Counted from the first letter of the whole stretch, positions 24,568-38,100 are shown. The stretch: 63,553 nt of DNA, filler included, from Lenisia limosa (GCA_001655205.1; 13 parts of 13 records of this genome joined end to end with filler, not necessarily neighbours in it); one strand, 5' to 3'. The notes: generated by a model from the letters alone, not told the origin. Translations and numbers: made by a program.

Positions 24568-26776
24568 AGCACTTCTCAGTTGCAAACGAAGGCTGTGAAC
24601 ACCCGACAATCACCTTCACTTTAAGAGCGGCGGGNNNNNNNNNNNNNNNNNNNNNNNNNNNNNNNNNNNNNNNNNNNNNNNNNNNNNNNNNNNNNNNNNN
24701 NNNNNNNNNNNNNNNNNNNNNNNNNNNNNNNNNNNNNNNNNNNNNNNNNNNNNNNNNNNNNNNNNNNNNNNNNNNNNNNNNNNNNNNNNNNNNNNNNNNN
24801 NNNNNNNNNNNNNNNNNNNNNNNNNNNNNNNNNNNNNNNNNNNNNNNNNNNNNNNNNNNNNNNNNNCCAATATGAGGAGGTCTCTTTGATTTTTTAAGAA
24901 ATTCAGTTGTTACATTAGTTGTCAGTTTCCTTAACAGTTCCAGGAGTGATTACAGGGTCCGCATTCACCACCAACGTCTATTGGATCTCTGATCAAATCA
25001 TCCCGCAAATACCCAAATGTAAGCATCACTTTTTTTTCTTATTCTGTTTTTGTTGTTTGTTGTCTTTTTCTTCTCTGTTGCTGTGTGTTTCTTGTTTTTT
25101 CAAACCCTCATATGTAATATTTATGTTTCTTCAATTCCCACTGTTTATCTCCCTTTGCTTTTCTTGGGCTTTTTTTTTTTGTTTCATCAAATTTTCCATT
25201 TACTCCCCCCTTCCCCTTATCATTAATTCCNNNNNNNNNNNNNNNNNNNNNNNNNNNNNNNNNNNNNNNNNNNNNNNNNNNNNNNNNNNNNNNNNNNNNN
25301 NNNNNNNNNNNNNNNNNNNNNNNNNNNNNNNNNNNNNNNNNNNNNNNNNNNNNNNNNNNNNNNNNNNNNNNNNNNNNNNNNNNNNNNNNNNNNNNNNNNN
25401 NNNNNNNNNNNNNNNNNNNNNNAGATCGAAGTTGAAACCGACTATGGTACGCGAAAACTCAGGGCTCTATTGCAACTAGATTCAGGCAATATTGTAGCTA
25501 GATTCAGGCTACAGCTTTTTTTACTAATTTTTCCGATTCTTAAAGAAAATGACCTCTTCAGACGATCCGATCATTGACATTCTCCTATGGTAGGCAAATC
25601 TGGAGCTGTAAGAAACGATTGGATGAATTACTGCGTGTGAAGGGCTTTGGCTAGATAAAACCTTGTGTATTTTCCATCTCTACATATAGTATATTTAAGA
25701 GGCTCTTTGCTATGACGCTTCAATCCTAATCGCCTTATACCCTCTTCGTATGCAGATACATCAACCGATTTTTATATTCCGTTCATCATTTTGACTCGAA
25801 ATTCGGTCATATGATCATATCACTCATGAAAATGGGCCAGCAAATGGAAAAAGCTATCTCATATCTTCACTATACACTGACGAAACAGCGAAAAAAAGCC
25901 GCTTTCACCCTGCGGAACGGAGGATTGCGAATATCTGCAGAAAAACGCGGGAACTGTTACAACTGTCAATTGTTGGGGGGGGGGGGGNNNNNNNNNNNNN
26001 NNNNNNNNNNNNNNNNNNNNNNNNNNNNNNNNNNNNNNNNNNNNNNNNNNNNNNNNNNNNNNNNNNNNNNNNNNNNNNNNNNNNNNNNNNNNNNNNNNNN
26101 NNNNNNNNNNNNNNNNNNNNNNNNNNNNNNNNNNNNNNNNNNNNNNNNNNNNNNNNNNNNNNNNNNNNNNNNNNNNNNNNNNNNNNNNNNNNNNNNNNNN
26201 NNNNNNNNNNNNNNNNNNNNNNNNNNNNNNNNNTCAGCCAACAGAGAAAATTAAATTTAAAACTTTCCAATTTTACCCCCTCCCCAGCCAGCCATTGCTA
26301 GTAAACCGGTGGTCCTGTTCCTCAAAAAGATATCTCGTCCAGACCCTGCGTCAGGAGTGGGGGGGGGTTGATGCAATATCGATATTTGTCGAGGATTTAT
26401 CAATATTTATCAAGAATTTATTGAGGATTTATCCAGAAGAGTCTTTTTGGAGCTGAAAGGAAGCTCTAAGGAATACAATAATAAGGGGGCGAGAGGTCAA
26501 ACAGTTCTTCTGAAATCTATCAGTTTAATAACCTCATTCTCGTCATATCTTGCCACATCATTTGACGCATTTCACCCATTGCTCTGCATCTCACGCCTCT
26601 GCGCATGCGCATCTCATCTACATATTTCACATATATTCAACACTTTCACGCATATTTACGCAATTTTCACATTATAGTTTTGGGAGTTTGTCCTGACCTT
26701 CCTCATTGCCTCCATCTTCTGGGCCCTTGTTTTCCTGGGGGCCCCACTCGTGTACCAGCCTGCAAACCCGTCATGA
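24568..26776 (+). CDS. Hypothetical protein with C-terminal transmembrane segment, partial
   Basis: Exon-like segments ending with FWEFVLTFLIASIFWALVFLGAPLVYQPANPS* (TGA 26774-76). Confidence 0.35.
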
Positions 26777-26914
26777 AGAAGCGGAAACGCTATATTAAAT
26801 AATTAACATGGGGTACCTCTCGCCCCAAACAGCCCAGGATATCCAATTTCGTCTTAATGATGTAGCGTGGTTGTTGTAAATGCAATTCTTTCTTTATTTT
26901 TTCATGGGGTTGCT

Positions 26915-28060
26915 TCATTGCGTTGAGAAAAGTTCTGGGGGGGGGGGGTAAAACGAAGGAATTTTCTATGAAGAATATTAGGGTAAAGGTACTAATAACG
27001 AACCGAATAATCTGAAACTCCACAAAAAGCAAACAATACCCATCCCCTCCCCCGTACCTGGGTATTTCCTCCTCAGGACTTTGTTAACTGACTCGTAGGC
27101 CCAGAAGGTCAGGGCGGCTGAGGGGGAGTAAAACGAAGGAAATTCGATGAAGAATATTGGTGTAAAGGTAGCTGAGGGGGGAGTAAAAGGAAAATTTATG
27201 AGAAAAAAAAAGCCCAAATCAACTCTTTTGGCTGACAACACACGAGGGTATAACAGCAAAACAAACAAAGCCCAGGCCGATCGCTTCTACACCGCGTCTC
27301 AAGGAGGAAGGGATTTCCAAAGCCATACCAAGGGGGGGAGACCCCCCCATCATTCCCAATTACATCCCTCTCACCATGCGGCGTAACCCGGATAGTCTGA
27401 ACCACCACTCCCCTCCAGAGACCAAAGAACCCATCTGTGCGGATAACCTGGGGGGGGGGGGGNNNNNNNNNNNNNNNNNNNNNNNNNNNNNNNNNNNNNN
27501 NNNNNNNNNNNNNNNNNNNNNNNNNNNNNNNNNNNNNNNNNNNNNNNNNNNNNNNNNNNNNNNNNNNNNNNNNNNNNNNNNNNNNNNNNNNNNNNNNNNN
27601 NNNNNNNNNNNNNNNNNNNNNNNNNNNNNNNNNNNNNNNNNAGAGGACCTCGGTACTGCAGGGCCCCCTGTCCTTGCTGAAAAGAGGGAAATTAGTGGAG
27701 TGGAAGAATTTGGGATAAATGCTAGAGCTGTAGGTAAATGATTGAGTGAATTAATATTTTTTAATGGCACGCAGAAAGCCATGTATTCCTCCATTGCATA
27801 TTTATATTCCTTCAACACCAACACTCCTTGCATATTACTAGGGCTTCCCTATGGTCTGAAAAAGACCGTCAAACTATCTATTTTTCGGGAATTTATCGAG
27901 AAATTCAGTCTTTTTTGGGACCGTAGGGAAGCCCAAGGCATACCTACCTCCCCTCCCCACCTGCAGCTTGGTTCGCACCACCTGGTAGGGGTATGTCACA
28001 GCGGAGGACACGATTTTGGCCAAAGACCCGACCACCAAATACTCCAGGGAGGACTAAAAA
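26915..28060 (-). CDS. Mitochondrial carrier (SLC25), folate/FAD carrier SLC25A32/Flx1-like, third repeat; 5' part in gap
   Basis: PPWEYLVVGSLAKIVSSAVTYPYQVVRTKLQ|QGQGALQYRGPL...VIRTDGFFGLWRGVVVQTIRVTPH|AALTFWAYESVNKVLRRKYP|ELFSTQ*. Carrier signature Px[DEQ]xx[RK]x[RK] and G..GLWRG; YPYQVVR is typical of the folate/FAD subgroup. Confidence 0.85.
26935..27040 (-). repeat. Dispersed intronic repeat family F (representative), sharing its 3' end with family E. Other copies 1980-2090(-), 3520-3560(-), 27118-27170(-), 61730-61812(+)
   Basis: Consensus TTGGAGTTTCAGATTATTCGGTTCGTGATTAGTACCTTTACGCCAATATTCTTCATCGAAATTTCCTTCGTTTTACTCCCCC(T)CAG. Confidence 0.85.
27839..27936. mobile_element. 100-bp MITE family A (intron of carrier gene)
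   Basis: TAGGGCTTCCCTATGGTC...GGGACCGTAGGGAAGCCC. Confidence 0.85.
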
Positions 28061-28198
28061 GGGGGGTAAAGAGGAGACGGATTAGTAAGGTAATAAGGNN
28101 NNNNNNNNNNNNNNNNNNNNNNNNNNNNNNNNNNNNNNNNNNTTAATTAATTAANNNNNNNNNNNNNNNNNNNNNNNNNNNNNNNNNNNNNNNNNNNN

Positions 28199-31100
28199 GA
28201 TACTATTCTGACAAAGCCGTCACGAGATGTTGTTCGTGCTGCAGGCCCGGGACTGAAGATCTCAGACTCTGCAGTGGCGGGTGCTCGCCATTATATCCAA
28301 AAAGAAGTAAGAACGCGTGATCTTTTGCAAATATCTGGTCTTTTAGAAACCTTTGCTGTTGATAGGTTAGCAGAAAACAGTGGATGAAGGAGTTTCTCTT
28401 TTACCAACCCCAGTTTCTCTTTTTATTTCTAGGTTCTGAGCCGCCTTGACGCCGGACAGCAAATGTTCCTTGCCGAGAACAGACCGGTCACGTGCATCTT
28501 CGTCCACCTGGTGAGGCGGAGAGATAACTGTTGATATCACTGTGTTCATTTTTCACTGCGGGTATTCCGTTTCTCTTTGGCCAATAGTGACTATTTTGAT
28601 GAAGATGCTTACTGACAAGGTTGGGCTAGTGTTCAATGGGACAAGTGACGCTCTCAGTGACATCCAAACCATCATGGAAACGTTCCAGAGCATCTTGTTC
28701 AGGTCAGCTATTTTCCGGTGTTTGTCTTTTGTACATATCTTGTGCACGAAAACTAGTCCGCATTGCCCTTTACATCAGTACCCCGCAGACACGAGGGGAT
28801 GGTGCGACAGGTTGTTTGTGACGACAAGGGCTACGTCCTCATTGGCATCTTCGGGGCGTTGAAGAGCCACAGTGATGACGCTTTCAGGGGGGTACAGGTG
28901 GGCTGGTGGTGTTATCGAGGATTGAGGAGAGTCTTTTTTGGTCCGAAATCTCTTCTTCCAAAGCAGTTTGACGCCACAGGCTGCATTGCGCGTGCGCCAG
29001 ACCTTGCTCTCTCTTGGCCAGGAAAACAGTATCGGCGTGGCTACCGGCAAAGTGTTCTGCGGCGAAGGTATAGACTGGGCTGGTGTGTGCAAATTCATTG
29101 TGGAGACATTGACCGTCTAGTTGGAGCACCGGATCGACAGGAGTACGCGGTTGTCGGCAGTACCATCAACTTGTCCGCCAGGTTAATGGCTGCCGCCGAT
29201 GGAGCCCTTCTGTGTTGCAAGGTGTGTGGGGGGCTGAAATAACCATGTCAATATGCCAATACAAATGACTATGATATGCTCTTTGTTGCTTCATGATGTA
29301 TAGATGGAAGGATACCAGAGAAGAAACGATGAAATGCTCTCTTTTGATGATATAATCTCCTCTATTAATATGATACATCCTTCATTAATCTAATCCTTAT
29401 TTTGCTTTATCATCTCTATATGTTATCATATTAATATGCTATCAGACGACCTTCGACCGAGTGAGGAGGAAAGTCAAGTTTGATACGCGGCCGGCAATGA
29501 AGTTCAAAGGCTTCGACGAGATCCAGGAGGTGTTTATGCCGATATCTGTGGGCGTGGCATAGATTTTCTTTTGTGTTTTCGATGCTACTGGAATGACAGG
29601 TCAAGGGATCAGTAGACCGACGTGGCACCGGCCTTCTTGAAGGTCGAGACAAGGAAGTCAATGATTTCAAAAGGAAACTACAAAACGCCAAAAAGGTGAG
29701 AGTTGGCTATTATAATCAGTTTCAGCGACTGTCATCTAATTCAGGCCGCTGTATCTAACAATTTTTTTTTTTTGATATAGAGTTTGATAACATTCCACGT
29801 CTTGTTTGGGCTAACACTTTTTAAATATCAATAATATATACATTGACCGATTTAGAACAGTTCTGGCGCCTTGGTCCTTGTCGAAGGAGAGGCAGGAATG
29901 GGTGGGTGGGATGAACTTGACGATAATGTGATATTTGATTTTTCTTGATGTGGTGAATTTTTTTTTCACACACTTACCTTAAAGGAAAGTCACATCTATC
30001 TGGCCGGTTTCTTGGCCACGCAGAAGCTGAGGGCTTTCTTGTTCTTGAAGTGGGGGGGGGGGGNNNNNNNNNNTTATTGCCAACCGCTTGCCTTGATTTG
30101 GTTCCTGTGGAGCAGTTGTAATGGTGATGATCAGGTGGTACGGTGCAGATGTGGCATATCATCGCATGATGAGGCTTGTTTCCAGCATTAGGGCCAAGGT
30201 ACGAGGAAACTATGCACACTTTGAATAAATAATTAATCGTGTTGGAAAGTCATGTGTCGTTCGGCCGATTTTCTTCCCAACCCAAACTGCCTTATACGGC
30301 AGGTAGTAGGGGCTAGTTATCCTTCACACATCCAAAAGTTGTGATAGTTCAATAGACAAGCAACAAAACAAATGTCAGAAGAAGTCGGAAGCTGAGGGCT
30401 TTCTTGTTCTTGAAGTGGGGGGGGGGGGGTCATAGTATCTCAATGAAATGGCGACGAATGCGTCAATTAGCCGGACAGTGCTGAAGAACACACTCCGTTG
30501 TTCATTTGGAGAGAGATTGTGTCCACTCTTCTTGGCGAAACTTCCATTGTGTATGAGGGCAATATTTCATGGACGCTGGGGTGATGGGATGTGGTGTTGG
30601 CCTGGGCTTGAGGTTTTTTTTCAACTCTTACCCTCAACACGACATATCAGGGTGTTGACCGACCAGTCCTGGGAACAAGTCACACAGGCCTGTGCGCCAA
30701 ACTTGCGTGTTTGAACGGCAAAGATTCAGCTAAGCTGCTACCAATCGTGGCCAAATCTTGATGACTTTTGCCATATCATATGCAAATGCATGGGAAAATC
30801 CGTGATAAAAAACTAGGATTCTGGAGGTTTTTGGAAGCTCGAAAAAAATGTGAGGGTCGAATGGTGTAGTTGGTTATCACGTCAGCCTAACATGCTGAAG
30901 GTCTCGGGTTCGAACCCCGGTTTGACCTGTTTTTTTATATTTATATTTTGGAGTTTTTTTTTGTTGTTTTTTTCACGTTTCACTGGAAGAAGGCAAAAAG
31001 TTTCTTTTTCTTTTATGGCAGAAAATACGAAAATACACAGTTGATACGTTGGTACACAGTGATAGATATAATTTTTTGAACAAGAGAAATAATACATTAA

Positions 31101-34100
31101 AAATCTAGATTTAACGATATCACATAATAAGAGCTTTCAAATAAAAAAAAAAGAAGTAAATTTTACAAAAACCATGATTCAATCGCACTCTTATTTCCTT
31201 TATTTCGAACTTCAATAGCATGTGTGTACCAATGACCCCTCAGGAAAGGCACGCCATCCCCTGGAGTGGCGTCGGCTCGGGCAAACGCTGTGCTGGCCAG
31301 CCCCCCTCCGCCTGCACAGGTATTCTTTCTGCCCTTTGCTGCTGTACAATTTTGTTTATATTATTCCCCCATTCATCCCTTAACCTTTCAGGATGCGTGC
31401 TTGACCCCCGGAGAGCGCAGAGCTTCGTCATCTCAAAAGGTAATCTTGTTTCGTCACTACACCAATATCATATCATATAACCACCATTCATTTCATACCA
31501 AGAAGCAGAAAAGATCTTATTGCTTCATGCTATCTCTTTCAGATCTACATAATTTTGTTTACCCCGTAGAGCACACGAATACGGCCAAAAACGTCGATTC
31601 CATCCCGTCGCCCCGTCCCTAGTTGGTTGCACCGCTTCTGGTTTATGTAGTTCAGTATTAAACCTCCGATACACTGCATATCCAATAAACGCTAAATCAC
31701 GCAATAGATACATCTCCGCGTCCTAGTACCGCCACCCCCCCTCAAAGTCCATTTCCCACCATTGCCGGACTCAACGGATCATCATCAAGATCGTCCTCTG
31801 ACCTTGGCATCTTCCAAATGCCGCAGTTTGACCCCTCTACTCAGGTTGTTCAATCCTCCTATTCTGTAGTTAGCGTTACACAGACCTTTTCCTTACTTCA
31901 TTTTTCATAATTACCCAGGCGATAATGGAACTACCAAAATCCTTCCCCGTCCCTCCCCAGGCCTTGCAACAAGAAGAAATCTGGAAGCCAATCACACGGC
32001 ACCCTGAGGTTGGTATGGCGAGGGTAATTCATGTCTATTGTTTTGTTTTTGAAACAATAGAGTTCAATTTTGTCAGCAATCCTTGGTACCGCATCACTAT
32101 GGCCCCCCCTCTTATGCCTCCAGGCAGTCTACCAAGCCAAGCAGATGGAAGGCCCGCCGCCCGCCTCGCCCCAATCGCCCGGCCCGGCCACCCCGCTACT
32201 GGACCTCTCCAGACTGCATCTTGCCATACCGGATGACGGTGATGGGGACCGATCATAATGAGCGTTTCAATCATTTACCCAACATGGTTATTGTCATTTC
32301 TCACCGACAGGCCTGTTTTCCTCCTCGCCACGCCCAGTCCCCAGAGGGCCTGCTGGAAACGTCGTTCGAAGGTGCCGCACCGTCTTAGAGGTTTGCGGCA
32401 GTTATCATGCATGCATTTCATTAAAGAGGGGCAGTTATCATGTATTTCATTCAAGTTTGTGACCAAGTTATCTCAGTATTGCTTCTGACACTGCCAGCAA
32501 TACGGCCCCCTCCTGAACAGCGTGTCCTCAATGTCCGTGTCTGAAAACGCCTTCACCTGTGACATGTCCCCCCAAGAGCGAACCACTAAAACCAACGCTG
32601 TCATCGCCTACCTTCTCCAGGTGTGGAGCCAATAGGATGTTGGTATACCAACCTATTGGCTCTGTGTCAGTCGAGCCATATAATAAGTAGCTTGTGCTTC
32701 TTGATTCGATTTGACTCGCCTAGGCGGCAATGACACGGTCACCTTGCTGCATCATGCTGCATAACGCCCATTCCTTAGACACTTCTTCCTGGGCCCTTTT
32801 GTAGGCCTCCCCGCGTGATATCGGATATCCTATTCTTTTACCAATCCAGACGGCTTCTTGCTGGTCAGTCCAAAGAACTCAGGCTTGTGAGGGGAGTGAC
32901 ACTGAATTAATCAGATCTCTTTTTTTGATAGAATCATTAATCTTCTAATCTCATCTCACTTATATGGGTTAATAAATGATATGATATTTTCTGTGTGCTT
33001 TACCTCCTACCCAGCTTCGGTATACTATGTGATACTTCTCACACTCAGGTTATATGTGTGATGCTGCGTCCGTTCAATGACCGGGTCAAGCCTCCCCGCG
33101 AGTACACGTCATTACTGGCAATGAGCTCCACGAAACTGTTTGCAACTCTACATCATAGCTTTTTTATATGATATTGTACGAACATTCTGGTGGGTTATCA
33201 TCAGGCTTTCTACAATGATAGTTTTGACGTTTGGCAGTATGAAGCTCCCGGGCCTGACACCCGAGCAAGTCTGCAGTGTCATTCGTCACATCATCGGCGT
33301 CAAATACATTGCGGAGGAGATTGTTTCCTTCATTCACGAGGTGCGAGGGCGTGAGATGGGTACTGGGTTGTAATATATTATCGGGTTCGTTGTGCCCTTT
33401 CATTCCAATGAGCTTGGTCCCTGATTTGAACGACAGTTAATGATAAACCGATTATGATCATCTGTCCAATATTTCAGAAGTCGTCAGGAAACCCGTTGTT
33501 TGTTGAAGAGTTGGCATCAAGCCTCTTCAGACAGGTGAGAGTTCTATGATATGATGCGAGGCGTATAGGGCTTCCCTATGGTCGCAAAAAAGACTGAATT
33601 TCTCGATTAATCCTCGATAAATATTGATATTTCACCGGTCTTTTTCGGTCCATAGGGAACCCCTATATACCTATTAGATACTTACCCCGTTGCAGGGGGT
33701 GCTTGATATCGAGGGAGAAAGCTGTCAGTTGAACCCGTCTGTCGGGCCTCTGGCTTCTTTGGACCTTCCGGANNNNNNNNNNNNNNNNNNNNNNNNNNNN
33801 NNNNNNNNNNNNNNNNNNNNNNNNNNNNNNNNNNNNNNNNNNNNNNNNNNNNNNNNNNNNNNNNNNNNNNNNNNNNNNNNNNNNCTCATATTAAAGGAAT
33901 AACAAGGCTTCAGTCCCTTCCACTAAGGCAAAATAGAATTATAAATACTCCTTTAATGCTATTCTAAGTCTCAATGTTTTATTAGGTGGTGCTGCACCGT
34001 GTGGACAGTCTCGACCCAAGTCTGCAGCTTGTCCTCAAAGTTGCCGCTGTTATTGGCCGGGTGTTCTCACTTGAGGCTGTCAGTGTAGGCTGGTGTTCTC

Positions 34101-37100
34101 TTTAGGGTGTAAGTGCAGATGAAGGCCAACAGTTGCTCCTTATCCTTACCCCCCCTCCCCAGGAAATCTTCCCTCTTATTGAAGCCCGTTCGAATGTGTC
34201 TGACTACGTGGCGAACTTAGCCCTTCAGGTGGGCGTTTTGCTATTGATTTAATGGGAGGAACAATGATGCTGTTGATTGTTGGGGGGGAGGGAAGTCAAG
34301 TTTGAGTAGATTTAACTACGACCTTTTCACCATGTAGGGCCTCATAATGCGAGTGAGCAGCAAGCATGGAGTCATGTCGTGGCTCTCCAGCGACTCCATA
34401 TTCACTTTCAGGCATGAAACTATCCAGGGTGGGTACTTAAGGAACTGTTATGGGAGGCTATTGTAGCGGGCTCATATGACACTTCAGACGTGTGCTATAG
34501 TCTGATGCTCGATGACCAACGACGCAAACTGCATCTCGCTATCGCTGAGTAAGCAGGGAATGGCATTACTCAGGGTAACAATGTGATTGTTATATTGGGT
34601 ACTCTAATGATAGCTGTCACCTTCTGACAAATGAGGTACATTGAAGAAAAAGTCCTCCCTGATAGCCCTGGAGAGCCTATAACCGACATGTCTCTCTACC
34701 CCCTTCTCAGCCACCATTATTCGTAGGCAAATGGCAATTGGTTTCTTCATTTCTTGTCTGCTGTTCCTTTGTTTTTGCGTAACATCTGGGTATTGCATCC
34801 CTGGTTTTCAGCCGAATATCTTGAACGTTTTAGTTTGGCTGTCATTGGAACGACAGATTTCTCTGCTGCTGGTGGGGGGTGAGTAATCCATGAGTACTAT
34901 CAGGGCTTTTTAATTACATCAAAGGAGTGAGAGGGTCGAGATATTGCATTTACGTTGTTTTAACGTAACACAGCTCTACGGAAAGCCCTCGTGTATACCC
35001 GTGAGGCAGCGAGACAGGTGGGCGCCCATATCCCTATTGAAAAGAAGCCCCAGTTGTCCTTTATTACTCATCTTTGATCCTTCTCACATCCTGTCACTAT
35101 CAAAAAGATGTGCTTCCTTTTTCGCAGTGTTGCAGATACACTATTGGCTGCTCGAGTTAATAACAGCATTTGATCAACCAACCCCCCACACTCACGTATA
35201 ACCACGCAATAGGCCACGCTCATGGCGTCAACTCGGGAGGCGCTGCGGTTCTACCAAATTGCAATAGAGATCACCAACTTACTCCCGATTAGCCATGCCA
35301 GAATAAGGGAGGAGGTGAGGGGGGTATGCCAGAATAAAGGAGGAGGTGAGGGGGGTATTTCACTCGCATTATTGTGAGAAATGTCCGCCATCACCCCCCA
35401 GCTTGCCCTGCAACAACTCGTCGTACCAGCACAGATCCAGATCCAGACGGAAAGCCACCCCAGTGTGGCAACTGCCCTTCAGAAGTGTCTCGTATGCCTA
35501 TCATCAAGCAACACATTCGGGTTGAGAGCCTATTATTATCTAGTATTATCTTTAAGATCATTACACCTGCAGGAATTAAGCCGTAAACTGGATGACCTCA
35601 AGTCGACATCACGCGCCTATCTTGGCCTTGTCCACCACCATATCAGTGCAGGCCGCTTTAAGAGCGCTGCCTCTAACGCCGATCTTGGTCAGCTTCTATC
35701 TGGATTTGTCGTTTCTACTCCCTTGATTCGTTTAACAGTCACTGACGTCTATTTCGCCACTTTACGCTGCAGCCTTGGCCACCATAGCCAATCTCAGCGA
35801 CATTGACCTACATCTCGAGGCCCACCACGCGGCTTGGTCTGTTCTTTGGCCTCGTGCCAAGTTTGCCGCCGCCCTCACCCACATTGCCAAGGGACTGGAG
35901 GGGATACGGTGCGGGGGGATATTGTGTTACACCTATGCATTTTCTTTGTTTACTCTATTGACCCCTTAGAACGCCGGGGGAGGCCTGTAGTATGCCTCAA
36001 AACGGCCACCACCCCGGGCCGTGCGCCGCCGCTGTCTCAGNNNNNNNNNNNNNNNNNNNNNNNNNNNNNNNNNNNNNNNNNNNNNNNNNNNNNNNNNNNN
36101 NNNNNNNNNNNNNNNNNNNNNNNNNNNNNNNNNNNNNNNNNNNNNNNNNNNNNNNNNNNNNNNNNNNNNNNNNNNNNCTGGAGGCTGGATTGGTGGGAGG
36201 GGGCTTTACTGAAGTGCTTCGATCCCATGGATCGCGCCAGAGTTGAATTGTATTTCACCTCTCTCGACCATGCGACTGGTTTGAACTTTTTTTTGTTTTC
36301 CCAAAGCTTGTGTTGACTTATTTCCTTGAACAGGCCGGTCATAATCTGCTGCATTCGGCATCGGAAGCCAATAGCTTAGTCTCCGCATGCACCAGCTTCT
36401 ACCTCCTCAGAATGCCCAATGCCGCCGCCACACTCCTCAAAATCCTGGTCCCCCTGGCAAGACGCGACGGTACCCGGGGGGGGGGGGNNNNNNNNNNNNN
36501 NNNNNNNNNNNNNNNNNNNNNNNNNNNNNNNNNNNNNNNNNNNNNNNNNNNNNNNNNNNNNNNNNNNNNNNNNNNNNNNNNNNNNNNNNNNNNNNNNNNN
36601 NNNNNNNNNNNNNNNNNNNNNNNNNNNNNNNGTGGACATTTCAAAGCAGACAAGTGTTCTTCCCCAGCCAGGTGTGCGGGGAGGGAGGGAGTAAAGTTCA
36701 AATGAGAGTTGGTGAATATGTATCTACTTGATCTGGCCGGGAGGAATGTGTCCTCAAATGCTGATGATTTAGAGTCCGCATTTGGGGTGCAGAAAATTGC
36801 CACTTTCCCGGTATGGGGGTGATGAAAAACCAACTTGAAACCTGTTGTGATGGGATTATCCACGAGTAACACCACAGACGCTCACATGCACCAAGTTGCC
36901 TGCAGCCAAAATGGAGCGCGGACGGCCAGCCCCGGGTATGTCTTTTTGTTTGTTCACAAAATAATTTCATTCCTTCTATTTATGATACGTTTATAGGTAA
37001 GTTTATGAGTTCATTTTTCCAAAGGAACAGTTTTTTTTCTCATAAATACCCAGGCCCTCCATCGCCGACATGGGCGTTTTCACAGCTGATTTGGGCTGAC

Positions 37101-38100
37101 GTGTTGTTCCGCACCGGCTCATCTGAGAGGTATAATGCCGGATACAAGCTTATTTATTTCTCATCTCTATATATATGATATATAATATGATATGTAGGAT
37201 ATAATTTTTGGGAGATTGTCTGTTTGTCAGATGGGGGTGTTAGGGGTACAGTATTGCATTTATTGAGGGTGTTTTTTTGGAAAGCCAAGGGCACACTTGT
37301 AGTTTTGGAGGGGAAGGGAAGACAGGACACTGATGGTATGTTGACGATCCCCTTTGACCACTTAGAGCGCTGTCAGTCCTGGCCTCGGCCCTTCACTACC
37401 ACACGCAAGAGGGCTTCGAGCTGTTGGGGGGTTCTGTCTGCTCGGACATTGGTATATTGAAGATATGCAATGCAATGACGCTTCAGGATCTCACCTTTCC
37501 TCTTCCTTCTCAAAGCCGAGATCCTCCTGACACCCCTTGGTATGCCGTCTTGGGTATTGTGACTTATCTCGACCGTCCACACTCACTCTGTGTTAATAAT
37601 TCCCAACAACACGTGCCCTAACGTCTCAGTCACCCCCGACGGTGCTCTTTTCCCCGTTGCCCCGGATTCCGTCTTAGATGCTGATAATTGCATCACACGA
37701 GTGGGGGGGGAAGGGTGATAGTACACCCTTCACTTCATGAAANNNNNNNNNNNNNNNNNNNNNNNNNNNNNNNNNNNNNNNNNNNNNNNNNNNNNNNNNN
37801 NNNNNNNNNNNNNNNNNNNNNNNNNNNNNNNNNNNNNNNNNNNNNNNNNNNNNNNNNNNNNNNNNNNNNNNNNNNNNNNNNNNNNNNNNNACTTCACACT
37901 TGTATCTGCAGCTGTTCACCATCTAGGCCATAGACCAAGCCGCACACCTGTCGTTGACTTCTGCCCAACTTCTGGGGCAGTACATGCAGAGGTGACTGGC
38001 GTCGTACCTTCACATATCCTGGTGTATCTGTTCTCTGTTCTGCCCAAATTTCGTTTTTATATTACTATTATTAACTAATGTGTTCTTTCAGCTCCTCGAT
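28199..38100 (+). CDS. Soluble adenylyl cyclase-like (ADCY10/SgcA type): class III cyclase + STAND/AAA ATPase + TPR-like region, 5' truncated
   Basis: FLAENRPVTCIFVHL; VVCDDKGYVLIGIFG; SIGVATGKVFCGE|VGAPDRQEYAVVGSTINLSARLM (catalytic N..R retained); Walker A VEGEAGM|GKS; KSSGNPLFVEELA; RVDSLDPSLQLVLKVAAVIGRVF; FRHETIQ..Y..ML..QRRKLHLAIAE. Over 30 exons; 3' end approximate. Confidence 0.88.
30855..30928 (+). tRNA. trnV-AAC: tRNA-Val (anticodon AAC), intronic in the cyclase gene
   Basis: Acceptor stem GGTCGAA/TTTGACC, D arm TGGTGTAGTTGGTTATCAC, anticodon arm TCAGC-CTAACAT-GCTGA, T loop GGTTCGAAC, oligo-T terminator 2 nt downstream. Confidence 0.93.
33566..33665. mobile_element. 100-bp MITE family A (intron of cyclase gene)
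   Basis: TAGGGCTTCCCTATGGTC...GGTCCATAGGGAACCCCTA. Confidence 0.85.

Noticed and set aside
30074-30800. Possible nested TnpB/Fanzor or retroelement ORF in the cyclase intron
   Set aside because: No RuvC, RT or integrase motifs found in any frame; frames are short and interrupted.
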